Shown piece after piece: positions 62,103 through 64,000 of a stretch of 64,000 nucleotides of DNA. Position numbers and translations under genes: made by a program. A model generated the notes under the pieces. That model worked only from the letters and a program-made list of their open reading frames with translations, was not told the origin of the DNA and did no database searches. The DNA comes from Candidatus Heimdallarchaeota archaeon (GTDB lineage Archaea; Asgardarchaeota; Heimdallarchaeia; Heimdallarchaeales; Heimdallarchaeaceae), in contig JAHLWR010000007.1 of the NCBI GenBank assembly GCA_019057815.1, forward strand, positions 1 to 64,000, given 5' to 3'. Each line of letters opens with the position of its first letter. The stretch's first letter is position 1.

Positions 62103-62379
62103 TAATAAATTAAAGTGTTTTTTCTTCTTTTTCGCCCTCTTTTCCATTCCAAATAGATTAGTGTCAAAACAATGCTACAACAATTTTGTCCTCAAAGGAT
62201 TATAGGGCACCCAAACACGATATAATATCTTCCTATCTTCAAAAAAACCAATAAAGAAAGACTTTAGATGTGATTCACTTATATCTATTGTCTCATATAT
62301 TAAGGATGTAAAAAAGAGGAAGAGTTGAAGGGCATGTTCCTGTTATGACTACGTTTCCATTCTGTTTCTAACAGCTGTT

Positions 62380-63990
62380 CTATTTCTTTGTCTTCTTTGA
62401 GATAATCCTTGCGAGTAATAAAGGAAATACTAACATTAGTAGAGTAAATATAAAATATATTTGAGTTTCATCTGTATAATACTCAACAAGTTCATCAAGT
62501 GGGTATAAGTCAATTGAATTCGCAGCACTATCAATGGAATAAGAACCTTCTCCTGACCAATCCGACCAGTAGTTTCCTTCAAGTGTTTCAGTATCATACC
62601 AATAGTTATTAGCTCCATCATCTCTTGCTTGAGAAGTTCCAACTAGAAAATTGTCTACAAAGGTATTATGGTGAATAAGATTATTATCAGAGCCATACTC
62701 TAAGAAAATCCCATATCCTTCATTTTCTTGTAGAAGATTGTAAGTAACGACACAAGAAACAGAATAGGAAAGATAGATACCATTACCATAACCGTTATTG
62801 TTGTAGTTACACGTGTTGTTGACCACTATCGAACTATCAGAAAACCAAAGCCAGATGCCATGGTTGTTATTGTTATTGCACGTATTGTTATTGCACGTAT
62901 TGTTAATGACAGTAGAACTAACAGAATACCAAAGCCTGATACCATGGACGTTGTTGTTGCACGTGCTGTTGGTAACAGTAGAACTAACAGAAGAGGAAAG
63001 ATAGATGCCGTCCCAGTTGTTGCTGCACGTGTTGTTAATAATAACTGAATATGTACAGGAGTAGAGAAATAGACCTATTGTAGCGTTATTTAATATTTGG
63101 TCACGTACTGTAACATTAGTACAATTGACTAATATCAGCTGCCCATAAACTGGTTCAGCAATTATCGTAGAGTCAAGATTGATGTAAAAACCTATTATTT
63201 CACCATTCACCCAATTATTTTCAACAGTATTATATGATATGTAAGCATCAATGGTATCTTCGTCTATATATAAACCACAATTGGTAAAAGTGTTATTTGC
63301 AACCGTTGAACTCCCAGAATTCCCAAGCCAGATGCCATTGGCATTATTGTTGCTGCACGTATTATTCGCGACAGTAGAACTACCAGAAGAGGAAAGCCTG
63401 ATGCCATCCCCATTGTGGTTGTTGCACGTATTATTTGCGACAGTAGAACTACCAGAATCTCCAAGATAGATGCCATGATAATTATTGTTACATGTGTTGT
63501 TAGTAACAGTAGAATTATCAGAATAATCAAGCAAGATACCTTGGTCATTGTTGCTGCACGTGTTGTTTGCAACAGTAGAACTACCAGAACCCCAAAGATA
63601 GATGCCGTAGCCAGCGACATTGTTGCTGCACGTGTTGTTAATGACAATTGCTGTTCCATCAGCAACATCATCAATATAAATGCCACAGACTTCTGCATCA
63701 ACATAGCAATTACGAATAACGAAATGTTTCGTTGTGTAAGCAATATAAATACCGCTAAAAGCTGTTGTTGAAATGTTATAACCTTCAATAAGATAAGGAC
63801 CTTCTTCCGTTCCTGTTCCTGGAAAAAACTCAAAATCGCTATCGCTTATTATTTCAATAGGATCATGAGGTGTCAACTCTAACGAATTAGGTCTATAACT
63901 ATTCTCTTCAGCAGTTATTTGTACATTGACATTCAATGCGTAGATTGACAATGTCAGTATTAATAGAATTAATATTGTTCTCTTTTTCAT
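62380..63990 (-). CDS. NosD-like parallel beta-helix surface protein
   Basis: Signal peptide, SSTVANNTC repeats, GNYWSDW, TM+KKTKK. Confidence 0.88.
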   Translation of the reverse strand: MKKRTILILLILTLSIYALNVNVQITAEENSYRPNSLELTPHDPIEIISDSDFEFFPGTGTEEGPYLIEGYNISTTAFSGIYIAYTTKHFVIRNCYVDAEVCGIYIDDVADGTAIVINNTCSNNVAGYGIYLWGSGSSTVANNTCSNNDQGILLDYSDNSTVTNNTCNNNYHGIYLGDSGSSTVANNTCNNHNGDGIRLSSSGSSTVANNTCSNNNANGIWLGNSGSSTVANNTFTNCGLYIDEDTIDAYISYNTVENNWVNGEIIGFYINLDSTIIAEPVYGQLILVNCTNVTVRDQILNNATIGLFLYSCTYSVIINNTCSNNWDGIYLSSSVSSTVTNSTCNNNVHGIRLWYSVSSTVINNTCNNNTCNNNNNHGIWLWFSDSSIVVNNTCNYNNNGYGNGIYLSYSVSCVVTYNLLQENEGYGIFLEYGSDNNLIHHNTFVDNFLVGTSQARDDGANNYWYDTETLEGNYWSDWSGEGSYSIDSAANSIDLYPLDELVEYYTDETQIYFIFTLLMLVFPLLLARIISKKTKK

Positions 63991-64000
63991 AAAGTCACAC

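Noticed and set aside
62813-63833. Alternative-frame ORFs in the NosD-like gene
   Set aside because: By-products of repetitive beta-helix codons.

Overview
AT-rich archaeal chromosomal window. Nre, archaeal-type AsnRS, GGTGA Shine-Dalgarno sites, TTTAAATA boxes, REC-PAS-GAF and the NosD-like surface proteins point to Asgard archaea, probably Heimdallarchaeia (inference, not database-checked). (1) 1-15.5 kb: a defence/mobile island with type I HsdR, two Schlafen/AlbA_2 proteins, HEPN, AbiV, a PD-(D/E)xK nuclease and a CAAX protease. It also holds decayed gene remnants and a patch of extreme purine/pyrimidine strand asymmetry. (2) 16-25 kb: housekeeping genes (nre, ABC operon with visible operators, tldD/pmbA). 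(3) 25.4-41.2 kb, the standout: a self-contained fatty-acid/polyketide cluster. A 3517-aa Pfa-like megasynthase (ER-like, ER, KS, AT, KS, 3xACP, KR, DH, PPTase) is bracketed by all three acyl-CoA carboxylase subunits, biotin ligase and an alpha/beta-hydrolase. All three ACPs carry Thr instead of Ser at the pantetheine site. (4) 41-64 kb: DegV, surface proteins, a duplicated toxin-antitoxin hotspot, asnS, and a block of 5'-truncated genes fused head to head (GH127, caspase-like, possible toxin plus LRR). No rRNA, tRNA, CRISPR array, integrase or transposase was recognised.
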